Part shown: positions 34,206 to 44,057 of the stretch, piece by piece
Layout: the number at the start of each line of letters is the position of its first letter
How positions within the stretch are numbered: position 1 is the first letter of the stretch
DNA from: an uncultured Chlorobiota bacterium
GTDB taxonomy: Bacteria > Bacteroidota > Bacteroidia > Bacteroidales > JAADGE01
Length of the DNA: 48,976 nucleotides
NCBI GenBank assembly: GCA_947311125.1
Contig: CAMZKI010000048.1
Location: 1 to 48,976, forward strand
Reading direction: 5' to 3'
Notes under the pieces: model-generated
The model's input: the letters and a program-made list of their open reading frames with translations, nothing else
Told to the model about the DNA's origin: nothing
The model's database searches: none
Made by a program: the position numbers and the translations under genes

Positions 34206-35305
34206 TACCGTTTTTAGATTTAAAAAATATAAACAACCAATACACAAAAGAAATTAAACAAGCAATTAATAATGTTTTAAATTCCGGTCGGTATATTCTC
34301 GGAGAGCAAACAAAAAAGTTTGAAGAAGAGTTTGCATCTTATTGCGGAACAAATTATTGTATCGGAGTTTCAAGCGGCTTGGACGCTTTAACGTTGATAC
34401 TCAGAGCGTATAAAGAATTAGGACTTCTTAATGACGGAGATGAAGTTTTGGTTCCGGCAAATACCTTTATTGCCACGGTTTTAGCAGTAACAGAAAACAG
34501 ACTAAACCCTATTTTTATCGAACCCGATATAGAAACATATAACATTGATGTTTCTTTAATTGAAAACAAGATAACTTCTAAAACAAAAGTCATTTTACCC
34601 GTTCACTTATACGGACAATGTGCAAATATGGAAAAGATAAACAGGGTGGCAAAAAAGCATAAACTAATTGTAATAGAAGATGCTGCACAAGCACACGGAG
34701 CTGTTTACAAGCAAAAAAAAGCCGGAAACTTATCCGATGCTGCCGGGTTCAGCTTTTATCCCGGAAAAAATCTCGGTGCTTTGGGTGACGGCGGTGCGAT
34801 AACAACGAATAACAAACAACTGGCTGACGTAATCTGTCAACTGCAAAATTACGGATCCTCAAAAAAATATATTCACAATATAAAAGGAGTAAACAGCAGA
34901 TTAGATGAGTTGCAGGCAGCTGTTTTAAGAGTAAAATTAAAATATTTGAATAAAGATAACGAACACAGGCAAAAAGTTGCAAATTTTTATTTGCAAAACA
35001 TAAAAAATAAGCATATAATACTACCGAATATTCCCGAGGAAAATTCTCATGTCTGGCACTTATTTGTTGTAAGAGTAAAACAAAGAGAAAATTTTAAAGC
35101 GTATTTAGAAAGTAATAATATACAAACAGGCATTCATTATCCGATTCCTCCGCACAAACAAAATGCGTTTAAAGAATTTTCAAAAATACGACTCCCTCTT
35201 ACCGAACAAATTCACGAAGAGGTCGTCAGTTTGCCTGTAAGCCCGGTAATAAGCCACAAGGAATGTGAAAAAATAGCCGAAACAGTTTCAAAATATACAA
35301 TTTGA
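34202..35305 (+). CDS. fdtB: DegT/DnrJ/EryC1-family PLP aminotransferase (FdtB/QdtB-like)
   Basis: [28 protein letters not shown] and [15 protein letters not shown] (PLP-Lys region). Confidence 0.85.
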   Translation: MIPFLDLKNINNQYTKEIKQAINNVLNSGRYILGEQTKKFEEEFASYCGTNYCIGVSSGLDALTLILRAYKELGLLNDGDEVLVPANTFIATVLAVTENRLNPIFIEPDIETYNIDVSLIENKITSKTKVILPVHLYGQCANMEKINRVAKKHKLIVIEDAAQAHGAVYKQKKAGNLSDAAGFSFYPGKNLGALGDGGAITTNNKQLADVICQLQNYGSSKKYIHNIKGVNSRLDELQAAVLRVKLKYLNKDNEHRQKVANFYLQNIKNKHIILPNIPEENSHVWHLFVVRVKQRENFKAYLESNNIQTGIHYPIPPHKQNAFKEFSKIRLPLTEQIHEEVVSLPVSPVISHKECEKIAETVSKYTI

Positions 35306-35308
35306 TTT

Positions 35309-36265
35309 ATGCAAAAACTTTGCACTCTCTTAATACTGACCTATAAAGGAAAGCATCACTTAGAACATCTTTTGCCTACGGTAAAAACCGCAACAGATAA
35401 TACTTCGGATTACAAAACAGATGTACTCATTGTTGATAACGGAAAAGACGAGACAACAAAAAGCTTTGTCAAAAATAATTTCCCTGATTACAGATATGAG
35501 TTTTCACCGGTAAACGACTACTTGTTTTCACTAAACCCGTTTGTTGAAAAAATAAAATCGGAATTTGTTTTTATTCTTAATGATGATATGAAACTGCATC
35601 CGGATGTTTTAAACCAAACACTTTCAATAATATCAAAAGACAAAAATTTATTTGCCGTAACCTGTAATGTCAGGGATTGGGATGATACATATACAACGGC
35701 ATTTCCCAGAAAACTATATATCAAACGAGGTTGGATGACAAGCAAATGGGAAAAAGAAAACTATGAGGCATGCTTGAAACATACACTTTATGCAGGAGGC
35801 GGAGCAGCTGTTTTTCGCACAAAAGCATTTAACAAACTCGAAGGTTTTGATTCGCTTTTTCGTCCGGCTTATGTCGAAGATTTAGACTTGGGACACAGAG
35901 CCTGGCACGCCGGATATAAAATTGTTTACAACCCTAAAGCCGTTTTGTTTCACAGAGAGGGCGGAACAATACACGACCAGTTTAAAGCAGATAAACTCAC
36001 TCAAAATATTTATAAAAACCAAATACTGTGGATGGTAAAAAACGGAAACTTTAAAGGCTTTCTGTTATGGTTTTTATTACTTTTGCCTTATCGTATTTTA
36101 ACAACCCGCAGTGTTAACGAAAACTCAAATAAAGCTTTGCTGATGTCTCTGCCGAAAATTCCGACAGCTCTGATAAAAAGATTTAAAAAACCCAAAGCGT
36201 ACATAAACGATAAACAACTTATAAAAATCTTAAATACAGAATACAGCTATGAAACTACAAAATAA
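35309..36265 (+). CDS. Family 2 glycosyltransferase
   Basis: LILTYKGKHHLEHLLP, VDNG and NDDM (DXD) motifs, plus a GGGAAVFR region. Confidence 0.8.
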   Translation: MQKLCTLLILTYKGKHHLEHLLPTVKTATDNTSDYKTDVLIVDNGKDETTKSFVKNNFPDYRYEFSPVNDYLFSLNPFVEKIKSEFVFILNDDMKLHPDVLNQTLSIISKDKNLFAVTCNVRDWDDTYTTAFPRKLYIKRGWMTSKWEKENYEACLKHTLYAGGGAAVFRTKAFNKLEGFDSLFRPAYVEDLDLGHRAWHAGYKIVYNPKAVLFHREGGTIHDQFKADKLTQNIYKNQILWMVKNGNFKGFLLWFLLLLPYRILTTRSVNENSNKALLMSLPKIPTALIKRFKKPKAYINDKQLIKILNTEYSYETTK

Positions 36266-37232
36266 AACAATATTAATAACAGGCGGAACAGGTTCTTTCG
36301 GAAATAAAGTTGCGGAATTTCTCGAAAAACAAAACCCTGCTAAAATTATAATTTACAGTCGAGACGAAAAAAAACAATATGAAATGCAACTGGAAAAACC
36401 GGATTATCACTACATAATAGGAGACATTCGGGATAAAGAACGGCTAAGCAAATCTATGAAAGGTATTGATTATGTTTTTCATGCGGCAGCTCTTAAACAC
36501 GTTCCGGCATGTGAGAACTCCCCCTACGAAGCGGTAAAAACTAATATTATCGGCTCACATAATTTATGCGAAACTGCCGTTGATAATAATGTTGATACAG
36601 TTGTAGCATTAAGCACGGACAAGGCTGTTAAACCCGTTAATGCGATGGGCATTTCAAAAAGTATGATGGAAAAAATTGTTTGCTCCCGAAATCAGCAAAA
36701 AATTGATACCAAGTTTGCATGCGTAAGATACGGAAATGTAATGGGGTCTCGCGGTTCGGTAATTCCGCTTTTCAAAAAACTTATAAAACAAAATAAACCC
36801 TTAACGATTACCGTTCCGGAAATGACACGTTTTATGATGACTCTTGATGATTCCGTAGAACTCGTGCTGCATGCACTCACAAAAGCAAAAGGAGGAGAAA
36901 TATTTGTTAAAAAAGCTCCCGCAACAACAGTCTTAAATTTAGCAAAAGCAATGTTGAAAAAATACGGAGACGGAGATCTTGAAAGAATTGATATTATAGG
37001 AATCCGCCCCGGAGAAAAAATAAACGAAGTTCTTGTAAATGAATACGAAATAAAAAGAGCTGTCGAAACAGAACATTTCTTTGAAATTATACCTGAATAT
37101 GTCGAAACAGAACAAAATAATAACTACCCTTACGGATACGAATATACATCGGCAAATACAACACAACTGACAAAGTATGAGGAAATTTCCGAATTACTCG
37201 ATAAGGCCGGAAATACTGAAATTTACACATAA
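36249..37232 (+). CDS. UDP-GlcNAc 4,6-dehydratase family (Polysacc_synt_2; FnlA/WbvB/CapE-like)
   Basis: KTILITGGTGSFGNKV, STDKAVKPVNAMGISK and VRYGNVMGSRGSVIPLF. Confidence 0.85.
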   Translation: MKLQNKTILITGGTGSFGNKVAEFLEKQNPAKIIIYSRDEKKQYEMQLEKPDYHYIIGDIRDKERLSKSMKGIDYVFHAAALKHVPACENSPYEAVKTNIIGSHNLCETAVDNNVDTVVALSTDKAVKPVNAMGISKSMMEKIVCSRNQQKIDTKFACVRYGNVMGSRGSVIPLFKKLIKQNKPLTITVPEMTRFMMTLDDSVELVLHALTKAKGGEIFVKKAPATTVLNLAKAMLKKYGDGDLERIDIIGIRPGEKINEVLVNEYEIKRAVETEHFFEIIPEYVETEQNNNYPYGYEYTSANTTQLTKYEEISELLDKAGNTEIYT

Positions 37233-37237
37233 AACAA

Positions 37238-38059
37238 ATGAAACTGCGAGAAAAAGAACTTATAATTCTCGGGCATAAAGGAATGCTCGGACAAACGGTT
37301 TTAAAATATTTTGACTCAAAAGTCAAAAACATAATAACTTTTGACGAACGATTTAATTTTGAAACAGCAAAAATATTTGCGGAGAATCTCTTAAAATATC
37401 CGGATGCCGTTATTATTAACTGTATCGGAAAAATTAATCAAAAAACTAATAATCCCGAAGAGCTATACGTTGCAAATTCTTTTTTACCTCTCGTTTTAGC
37501 AGAAACATTAAATGAAAGCCAACTTTTAATACACCCGGGAACCGACTGTATTTTTTCAGGAAAAAAAGGAAAGCCCTATAAGAAAACCGACAAACCGGAT
37601 GCAAAAGATACTTACGGATGGTCAAAAACTCTTGGAGAAAAGGCATTAACTAATCGGAAAAATACAATAATAGTGCGAGTTTCAATTATCGGACTTGACA
37701 ATACCGAAAACCCGAAAGGTTTATTGGGTTGGTTTTTGTCAAACCCGGGAGGAACCGAAATAAACGGCTTTACAAACCACCTTTGGAACGGTATAACAAC
37801 CTTAGAGTGGAGCAAGCAGGCAGAAAGCCTGATAAAAAACCACCGGTTAAACAGTGCCTGTAAACTAGTTCAACTCGGAACCGAAGAACATTTCTCAAAA
37901 TATGAAATGCTTATGCTGTTTCAAGATGTTTTTAAAACAAATTTTAAAATTCGTAAGTTTGAAACAAAAGAAAGTGTCGATAAAAGGTTAATACCGGATA
38001 TTGTTTCAAAAAAATTGAGAGACCAATTAGCAGAAATGAAAAACTTTTACTATGAGTAA
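37238..38059 (+). CDS. RmlD-like SDR 4-reductase (WbvR/FnlB-type role inferred)
   Basis: 273 aa. LIILGHKGMLGQ Rossmann motif and a YGWSK catalytic Y-x3-K. It directly follows the 4,6-dehydratase. Confidence 0.65.
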   Translation: MKLREKELIILGHKGMLGQTVLKYFDSKVKNIITFDERFNFETAKIFAENLLKYPDAVIINCIGKINQKTNNPEELYVANSFLPLVLAETLNESQLLIHPGTDCIFSGKKGKPYKKTDKPDAKDTYGWSKTLGEKALTNRKNTIIVRVSIIGLDNTENPKGLLGWFLSNPGGTEINGFTNHLWNGITTLEWSKQAESLIKNHRLNSACKLVQLGTEEHFSKYEMLMLFQDVFKTNFKIRKFETKESVDKRLIPDIVSKKLRDQLAEMKNFYYE

Positions 38060-39245
38060 AAAGAAATATTTAATATTTTCTACGGATTTTAAACCGCATA
38101 AAGGAGGAGTTGCAGAGTTTGTTTTCAATATTGCAAATTATCTCAAAAAAGAAAATTTGTTTAACGGAATAATTACATATACTCAGCAAGACGGAAATTT
38201 TGACGATTATTCCGTAAGAATGACAAACCTTCTGAACAGAAAAAGAAAATTAGGGAAAAGGTTCGGAGATTCTTTTTTTCTGACAAGAAAAATAAATACT
38301 GCTGTTCATAAATTATATTTACATTATCTGGCATATAAAGACCTAAAACCGATATTAAAAGAAAAACACCGGACAAAAGTTCTGATTTGCTCATATTATA
38401 CCTATGACAACGGTATTTTTATCAATATGTGTCGGTTTTTAAATATTGAATATGAAATATTATATCACGGTTTAGACGTTCTTTTAATTTCCCGACAACT
38501 CCGCAAGCAATTTATTAAAAACTCAAAAAATGCAAGTCGTCTTATTTTTAATTCAAAGGCATCACGAGACCTGTTTTTAAAGAAATCGAACAACCTTTCC
38601 GTTCCTGCATATGTTATCTACCCTTATATCGATACAAAAACAATTTTAGAAACAGACCTGTATTCAAAAGAGGAACTTGAAAGCAAATGGAATATTCCTT
38701 TAAAAAATAAGCATATTATTTCGTGTGTTGCAGCTCTCGGAAAACGTAAGGGTGTTCATATTGCCGTATCGGCAATGTCAAAACTTAAAAAAGATTTCCC
38801 GAATTATTTACTTCTTATAGGAGGAAAAGGTCCTGAAAAAGAAAATTTAGAGAAGCAAATTAAAGACCTGAAACTCGAAAACAACGTTTTTTTGCTCGGA
38901 CTTATCTCCGATAAAGAAAAATATTCCCTGTTGAAATACAGCGAAATATTTGTTTTGCCCTCATCCGGACTGAACGGAACAGAATGGGAGGGTTTCGGAA
39001 TTAGTTATATCGAAGCTTCCTTATTTAATAATATCGTTATAGGCGGTAATCACGGGGGCATTATTGAGGCAATTGATAACAAAAAATCAGGATACCTGAT
39101 AAAGTTCGACGAAGATAACAGTTCTGATGTTCTGTATGAAAAGCTAAAAGAAACAGCAGAAAAAGGAGATTTCTCAATGGCAAAATACGGAAAAGAATAT
39201 GTAATAAAAAACTTTGATATTCGAAATTTTAAAAATAAGTTTTAG
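38052..39245 (+). CDS. Family 4 (GT-B) glycosyltransferase
   Basis: EGFGISYIEASLFNNIVIGGNHGGIIEAI contains the EX7E motif region. Overlaps the upstream gene by 8 nt. Confidence 0.85.
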   Translation: MSKKKYLIFSTDFKPHKGGVAEFVFNIANYLKKENLFNGIITYTQQDGNFDDYSVRMTNLLNRKRKLGKRFGDSFFLTRKINTAVHKLYLHYLAYKDLKPILKEKHRTKVLICSYYTYDNGIFINMCRFLNIEYEILYHGLDVLLISRQLRKQFIKNSKNASRLIFNSKASRDLFLKKSNNLSVPAYVIYPYIDTKTILETDLYSKEELESKWNIPLKNKHIISCVAALGKRKGVHIAVSAMSKLKKDFPNYLLLIGGKGPEKENLEKQIKDLKLENNVFLLGLISDKEKYSLLKYSEIFVLPSSGLNGTEWEGFGISYIEASLFNNIVIGGNHGGIIEAIDNKKSGYLIKFDEDNSSDVLYEKLKETAEKGDFSMAKYGKEYVIKNFDIRNFKNKF

Positions 39246-39293
39246 AAAAAATGATTGTTTCTGGCAAAATGCGTTATATTAAAAGAAATTAAG

Positions 39294-40355
39294 ATGATTT
39301 TAACAATTATCGGTGCAAGACCTTAATTTATAAAAGCCGCAGTTGTTTCAAAAGCATTGCTGAATGCCGGTCTTGAAGAGAAAATAATTCATACGGGGCA
39401 ACATTACGATGATAAAATGAGTCGTATTTTTTGGGAAGAGTTAAATATACCGAAACCCGAGATTAATCTAAACATCGGCTCTGCAAGTCATGGTTTCCAA
39501 ACAGCAAAAATGATAGAGCAAATTGAAAAATTTATTTTAGGCTCCGAAAAAAAAATAAATACCGTTTTACTGTACGGAGATACAAATTCAACTCTTGCCG
39601 GTGCAATTGTCGCTCCCAAATTACATATTCCGATTGTTCACGTAGAAGCCGGTCTAAGAAGTTATAACAATAAAATGCCGGAAGAAATAAACCGAATCAT
39701 TACGGACAAAGTTTCCGATATGCTGTTTTGCTCTTCAGAAAAATCTGTTTCACTATTAGAAAAAGAGGGTATTACTAAAAACGTCTTCAATGTAGGAGAC
39801 GTAATGCAGGACGCATTTATCAGCTTCGGAAAAACAGCGGAAGCAAAGTTCAAATTAAAAACCATAATACCTTTTGATAAAGGAGAATATAATATTTTAA
39901 CACTTCACCGACCGTCAAATACCGATGATACCGAAATTCTTCAAAAAATAATTTCTGCTTTCGAAAAAATAGATAAACCGACAATATTTCCCGTTCACCC
40001 GCGAGTTAAAGATAAAATAAAAAAAATAAACCTCCCGAAAACCCTTAATGTAATCTCCCCTCTTTCTTACTTTGAAATGATAACGGTTCTTAAAAACTGT
40101 AACAAAATTTTCACAGACTCCGGAGGGCTGCAAAAAGAAGCATACTGGGCAAATAAAGATTGTATTACGATAAGAAACGAAACAGAATGGATTGAAACAC
40201 TTGAAAATAATTTTAATATCTTGGCAGGGAATGACCCCGACAAAATAATTGATGCATATTACAAAAAAAACAACGCAGAAAGAACAAATCTTTACGGAGA
40301 CGGTAAAGCATCTGAAAAAATTGCCGAAATAATTAAAAAAATATACTTTTCCTAA
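39294..40355 (+). pseudogene. UDP-HexNAc 2-epimerase (WecB/WbvD-like) interrupted by an in-frame TAA at codon 11
   Basis: ATG at 39294 gives MILTIIGARP*FIKAAVVSKALLNAG.... The family motif is GARPQFIK, so TAA at 39324-39326 replaces a Gln codon (CAA). The rest of the ORF (39357-40355) is intact and epimerase-like (HVEAGLRS, NLYGDGKASEKI). Confidence 0.8.
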
Positions 40356-41696
40356 ATGACAGAAATTTTTTTCATAGCATATCAGTTCCCCCCCCTGAAT
40401 GTCGGAGGAGTTTTTCGTCCGCTGAAATTTGTAAAATATTTTAATGACTTTGGTATTAAGCCCGTAGTTTTCTCACTTTCGCCCGAATGCTACCCCAAAA
40501 TATATGAAAATAAAAAGCCCGACTATAACCTGTTAACAGAAATTAACCATGTTGAAAAAGAAATTATATATGTTAAAACAGATAATCTTCTTGTAGCACG
40601 CAAAAATAAATTACAAACATTTTCTCAAATATATTTTAATCTGACAAAAGGAACGGAGCATAAAAAATGGGAAAAACACTTTTTTAAAGCAGCAGAAAAT
40701 GCACTGAAAAACCATAAACCCGAAATAATAATCGTAACGGCACCGCCTTTTGGTGTTGTTGAACTTGCCGTTAAACTTTCAAAAAAAACAGGGATTCCGT
40801 TAATAATTGATATGCGAGACTCTCTTTCAATGTGGGTTTCTCAACCCTTCGGAAGTTATTTTCATTATAAATTGACATTGAGAAAGGAAAAGAAGTGGTT
40901 TAATCATGCAAAAAAAGTCATAGCGGTAACAAAGCAAATGGTAAACGACTGGAAAACCGTTCACCCGAAAATTCCGGACTCTAAATTTTCGGTTATCCCA
41001 AACGGTTTTGACCGAGAAGTCGACTTTTCTGATTTAATTATTAAACCGGAAAAAGAAAAAATTACAATCGGTTACATCGGAAGTTTTTATTATAATCCGA
41101 ATACTCGCAAACAAATGTTTACTCCTTGGTATAAAAAACGCTTACATCGCAAGCTCCAATATACACCCCGAAAAGAAGACTGGCTATACCGCAGCCCGTA
41201 TTTTCTCTTTAAAACTTTGTATCTTCTGTTTAAAAAACACCCGGAACTTAAAAATAAAATCAAAATAAAATTTGCCGGAGTAAAACCTGACTGGTTAGAA
41301 AGTATGATAACAGATTTTGAAATGAAAGAGAATACCGAACATACAGGATTCTTAAATCATAAAGAAATTTATGGCTTTCAAAAAAATTGCGACTTAATGC
41401 TTGCAACTTCCGCAAAAGTAATAAACGGGGAAGATTATTGCATAGCAGGAAAAACTTTTGATTATATTGCGATGCAAAAACCGATTCTCGCTTTTGTAAC
41501 GAACGGAGCTCAGAAGAATTTTATTGAAAACTCGGGAACCGGGATTATATGCAACCCCGATGATACGGAAAATTCTGTAAATAAGTTAAAAAATATTTTT
41601 GAAAACGGTATAACCCTAAAACCGAATAAAGACTTTATTGAGAAACACCACAGAAAAACTTTAACAAAAGAGCTGGTAAAAATTATAAAAACCTAA
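40356..41696 (+). CDS. GT-B-fold glycosyltransferase (GT4-like)
   Basis: 446 aa. N-terminal FFIAYQFPPLNVGGVFR and C-terminal AGKTFDYIAMQKPILAFV are typical of GT4-like enzymes. Confidence 0.7.
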   Translation: MTEIFFIAYQFPPLNVGGVFRPLKFVKYFNDFGIKPVVFSLSPECYPKIYENKKPDYNLLTEINHVEKEIIYVKTDNLLVARKNKLQTFSQIYFNLTKGTEHKKWEKHFFKAAENALKNHKPEIIIVTAPPFGVVELAVKLSKKTGIPLIIDMRDSLSMWVSQPFGSYFHYKLTLRKEKKWFNHAKKVIAVTKQMVNDWKTVHPKIPDSKFSVIPNGFDREVDFSDLIIKPEKEKITIGYIGSFYYNPNTRKQMFTPWYKKRLHRKLQYTPRKEDWLYRSPYFLFKTLYLLFKKHPELKNKIKIKFAGVKPDWLESMITDFEMKENTEHTGFLNHKEIYGFQKNCDLMLATSAKVINGEDYCIAGKTFDYIAMQKPILAFVTNGAQKNFIENSGTGIICNPDDTENSVNKLKNIFENGITLKPNKDFIEKHHRKTLTKELVKIIKT

Positions 41697-41706
41697 CACA
41701 TATTAT

Positions 41707-42557
41707 ATGAAACATTTTTTCCCGAGACTGCTTAATAAATTCGGATTATTAAAAATACTTAACCTTTCATTTAAAATAACGGTAAACAATAATAGTTTTA
41801 AAATCCCTGTTATTGCCGGTATAGGTTTTAACAATCTGTTTATGTCTGAAGTTTGGATGGTTCAGGTTCTTGAAAAAATCACAAAACTAAAACACGGAAC
41901 ATTTATAGATGTAGGAGTAAATATCGGACAGACATTAATAAAATTGCGGTCAGTTGATAAAGAAAGAGAATATTTAGGCTTTGAACCTAACCCTTTGTGT
42001 GTTTTTTATACAGAAGAGCTTATAAAAAAAATAATATTCAAAAATCAACCGTTATTTCTGCCGGAATATATAATCAGAGTAAAGTTTTGACATTAAATTT
42101 GTATTACGAAAAGGATTCATCGGACAGTTCCGCATCAATTATTGAAAATTTCAGAACCCAGGAAGTTAAAAAGAAGTTTTTTGTTCCTGTTTTTTCTGCC
42201 GGTACATTAAAGCACCTTTTTAACAATATTTCAATTATTAAGATTGATGTTGAAGGAGCAGAATTAGACGTTATCGAAAGTTTTAAAAAACAAATTTTAC
42301 AGTTTCGTCCTTTTATTTTGACAGAAATTCTTCCGGTTTATGAAAAATCCAATACCTTCAGAAGAGAACGCACAGAAAAAATAGTTTCCTTTATTTCAAA
42401 AATGGACTATATTATATTCAGAATAATAAAAAATCAAAATGACACATTTAATAAATTTGAAAAAATAACACACATTTCAGTTCATGCAGACTTGAGTTTA
42501 TGTGAATACATTTTTGTCCCAAAGGAACTTTCTGTTAAATTTGAGATTTCTGAATAA
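41707..42557 (+). pseudogene. FkbM-family SAM-dependent methyltransferase split by a frameshift in an A8 tract
   Basis: ORF 41707-42090 carries FIDVGVNIGQ...GFEPNP. ORF 41997-42557 carries IIKIDVEGAELDVIESF. The frames join at the A8 run at 42024-42031, and one extra A would give a continuous ...ELIKKNNIQKSTVISAG.... Confidence 0.8.
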
Positions 42558-43669
42558 TGAAAAATATGCAAAAAAAAATACTAATAATTTACGGAACTCG
42601 TCCCGAAATCATAAAATTAGCTCCGCTTATTCTTTTGCTAAAAGAAAAAACAGGGAAAAACTGCATTGTCGTGAATACAGGACAACATGCAGATATGACT
42701 AAAGAATTGGAGAAAATATTTTCGTTTACGCCTGATTACTTTTTAGATATAATGACGCAAGGACAAAGTTTAAACTCTCTGATTGTTAAAGCAATACAAG
42801 AAATAGATACTGTTCTTGAAAAAGAAAAACCGGATACGGTAATTGTTCAAGGAGACACAACAACAGTCCTGGCCGGAGGAATTGCAAGTTATTACAGAGG
42901 CATTGATGTCGGACACGTAGAAGCAGGTTTAAGAAGTTTTAACCTGCAAGAGCCGTATCCGGAAGAATTTAACAGAAAAGTTATTTCAATATTCGCAAAA
43001 TATAATTTTGTGCCGACAGAAAAAGCAAAAGAGAACCTTCAAAACGAACAAGTTTTAAACGATAATATATATATTACCGGAAATACCGTTGTTGATGCTT
43101 TACAATTAATAAAACAAAAAATTGACAAAAAAGAGATAGAAACAACGGTAAAAACAAAGCACAAACAAAATATTTTAATAACAGCACACAGAAGAGAAAA
43201 TCACGGCAACGGAATTGAAAATATATGTAAAGCTGTTAAGATTTTATCCGAAAAATATAAGGAGTATAATTTTTATTGGCCTGTTCATCCGAGCCCGAAA
43301 GTTTACAATACGGTTCATCGGTTACTTGCGAATATTGACAACGTAAAACTATTACCGCCGTTAAATTACATTGACCTTGTTTATTTAATGACAAAATCAA
43401 AAATTATATTAACTGATTCCGGAGGAATACAAGAAGAAGCCCCGTCTGTAAAAAAACCTGTTCTGATACTGAGAAACGTTACAGAACGACCGGAAGTTAT
43501 TGACGCAGGATTCGGAAAAATTGTCGGAACAAGTGTTAATAAAATTATTGATACGGTTAAAGTATTATTAAAAGATGATAATGTTTACAAAAAAATGCTT
43601 TCCGGGACAAATCCTTTCGGAGACGGAAAAGCATCTGAAAAGATTATTAAGATTTTGTTAAATGAGTGA
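42557..43669 (+). CDS. wecB: UDP-N-acetylglucosamine 2-epimerase (non-hydrolysing type)
   Basis: ILIIYGTRPEIIKLAPL, VQGDTTT, HVEAGLRS, DSGGIQEEAP and NPFGDGKASEKI. Confidence 0.9.
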   Translation: MKNMQKKILIIYGTRPEIIKLAPLILLLKEKTGKNCIVVNTGQHADMTKELEKIFSFTPDYFLDIMTQGQSLNSLIVKAIQEIDTVLEKEKPDTVIVQGDTTTVLAGGIASYYRGIDVGHVEAGLRSFNLQEPYPEEFNRKVISIFAKYNFVPTEKAKENLQNEQVLNDNIYITGNTVVDALQLIKQKIDKKEIETTVKTKHKQNILITAHRRENHGNGIENICKAVKILSEKYKEYNFYWPVHPSPKVYNTVHRLLANIDNVKLLPPLNYIDLVYLMTKSKIILTDSGGIQEEAPSVKKPVLILRNVTERPEVIDAGFGKIVGTSVNKIIDTVKVLLKDDNVYKKMLSGTNPFGDGKASEKIIKILLNE

Positions 43670-44054
43670 AAAAAAGAAAGTAATTATACTGTCGAATAGT
43701 GAAATTTGTTATAATCCCAGACTTGCAAAAGCTGCCGACAGTCTCTGTGAACAAGGTTATGAGGTAGATGTTTTTAACCCGATTGTCGGAATGGCAAACC
43801 TGCGAATATATTATAATTTTATAAAAAATAAAAAGTGGAATATAAGAGAGTTTGATATAAGCAAACGTAATAACAAAGCAAAAATAAACCGGTTAGTCCC
43901 CGACGAAAAAGTAAAAGAACCGGAGTTCGGAAATCTTTTGCTCGTTAAAGATAATTTTCCTAAAATTGTTGTTTTGCTTGGTGAATATACCGTAAGAAAT
44001 TATAAAGGAATTTTACACCTAAACCTGAGAGATTTTTTGACAAATACAAAATAA
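43662..44054 (+). pseudogene. Truncated N-terminal paralog of the following glycosyltransferase (130 aa)
   Basis: KKVIILSNSEICYNPRLAKAADSLCEQGYEVDVF aligns by eye with KRLLFISPANLTVNPRLLKELNLAVSQGFKVDFV of the 404-aa neighbour. Similarity is lost after ~80 aa and the ORF ends. Confidence 0.5.
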
Positions 44055-44057
44055 CAG

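Noticed and set aside
41997-42557. Treating 41707-42090 and 41997-42557 as two independent overlapping genes
   Set aside because: Each carries only half of the FkbM methyltransferase motifs, and they join exactly at a homopolymer. A single frameshifted gene is the better explanation.
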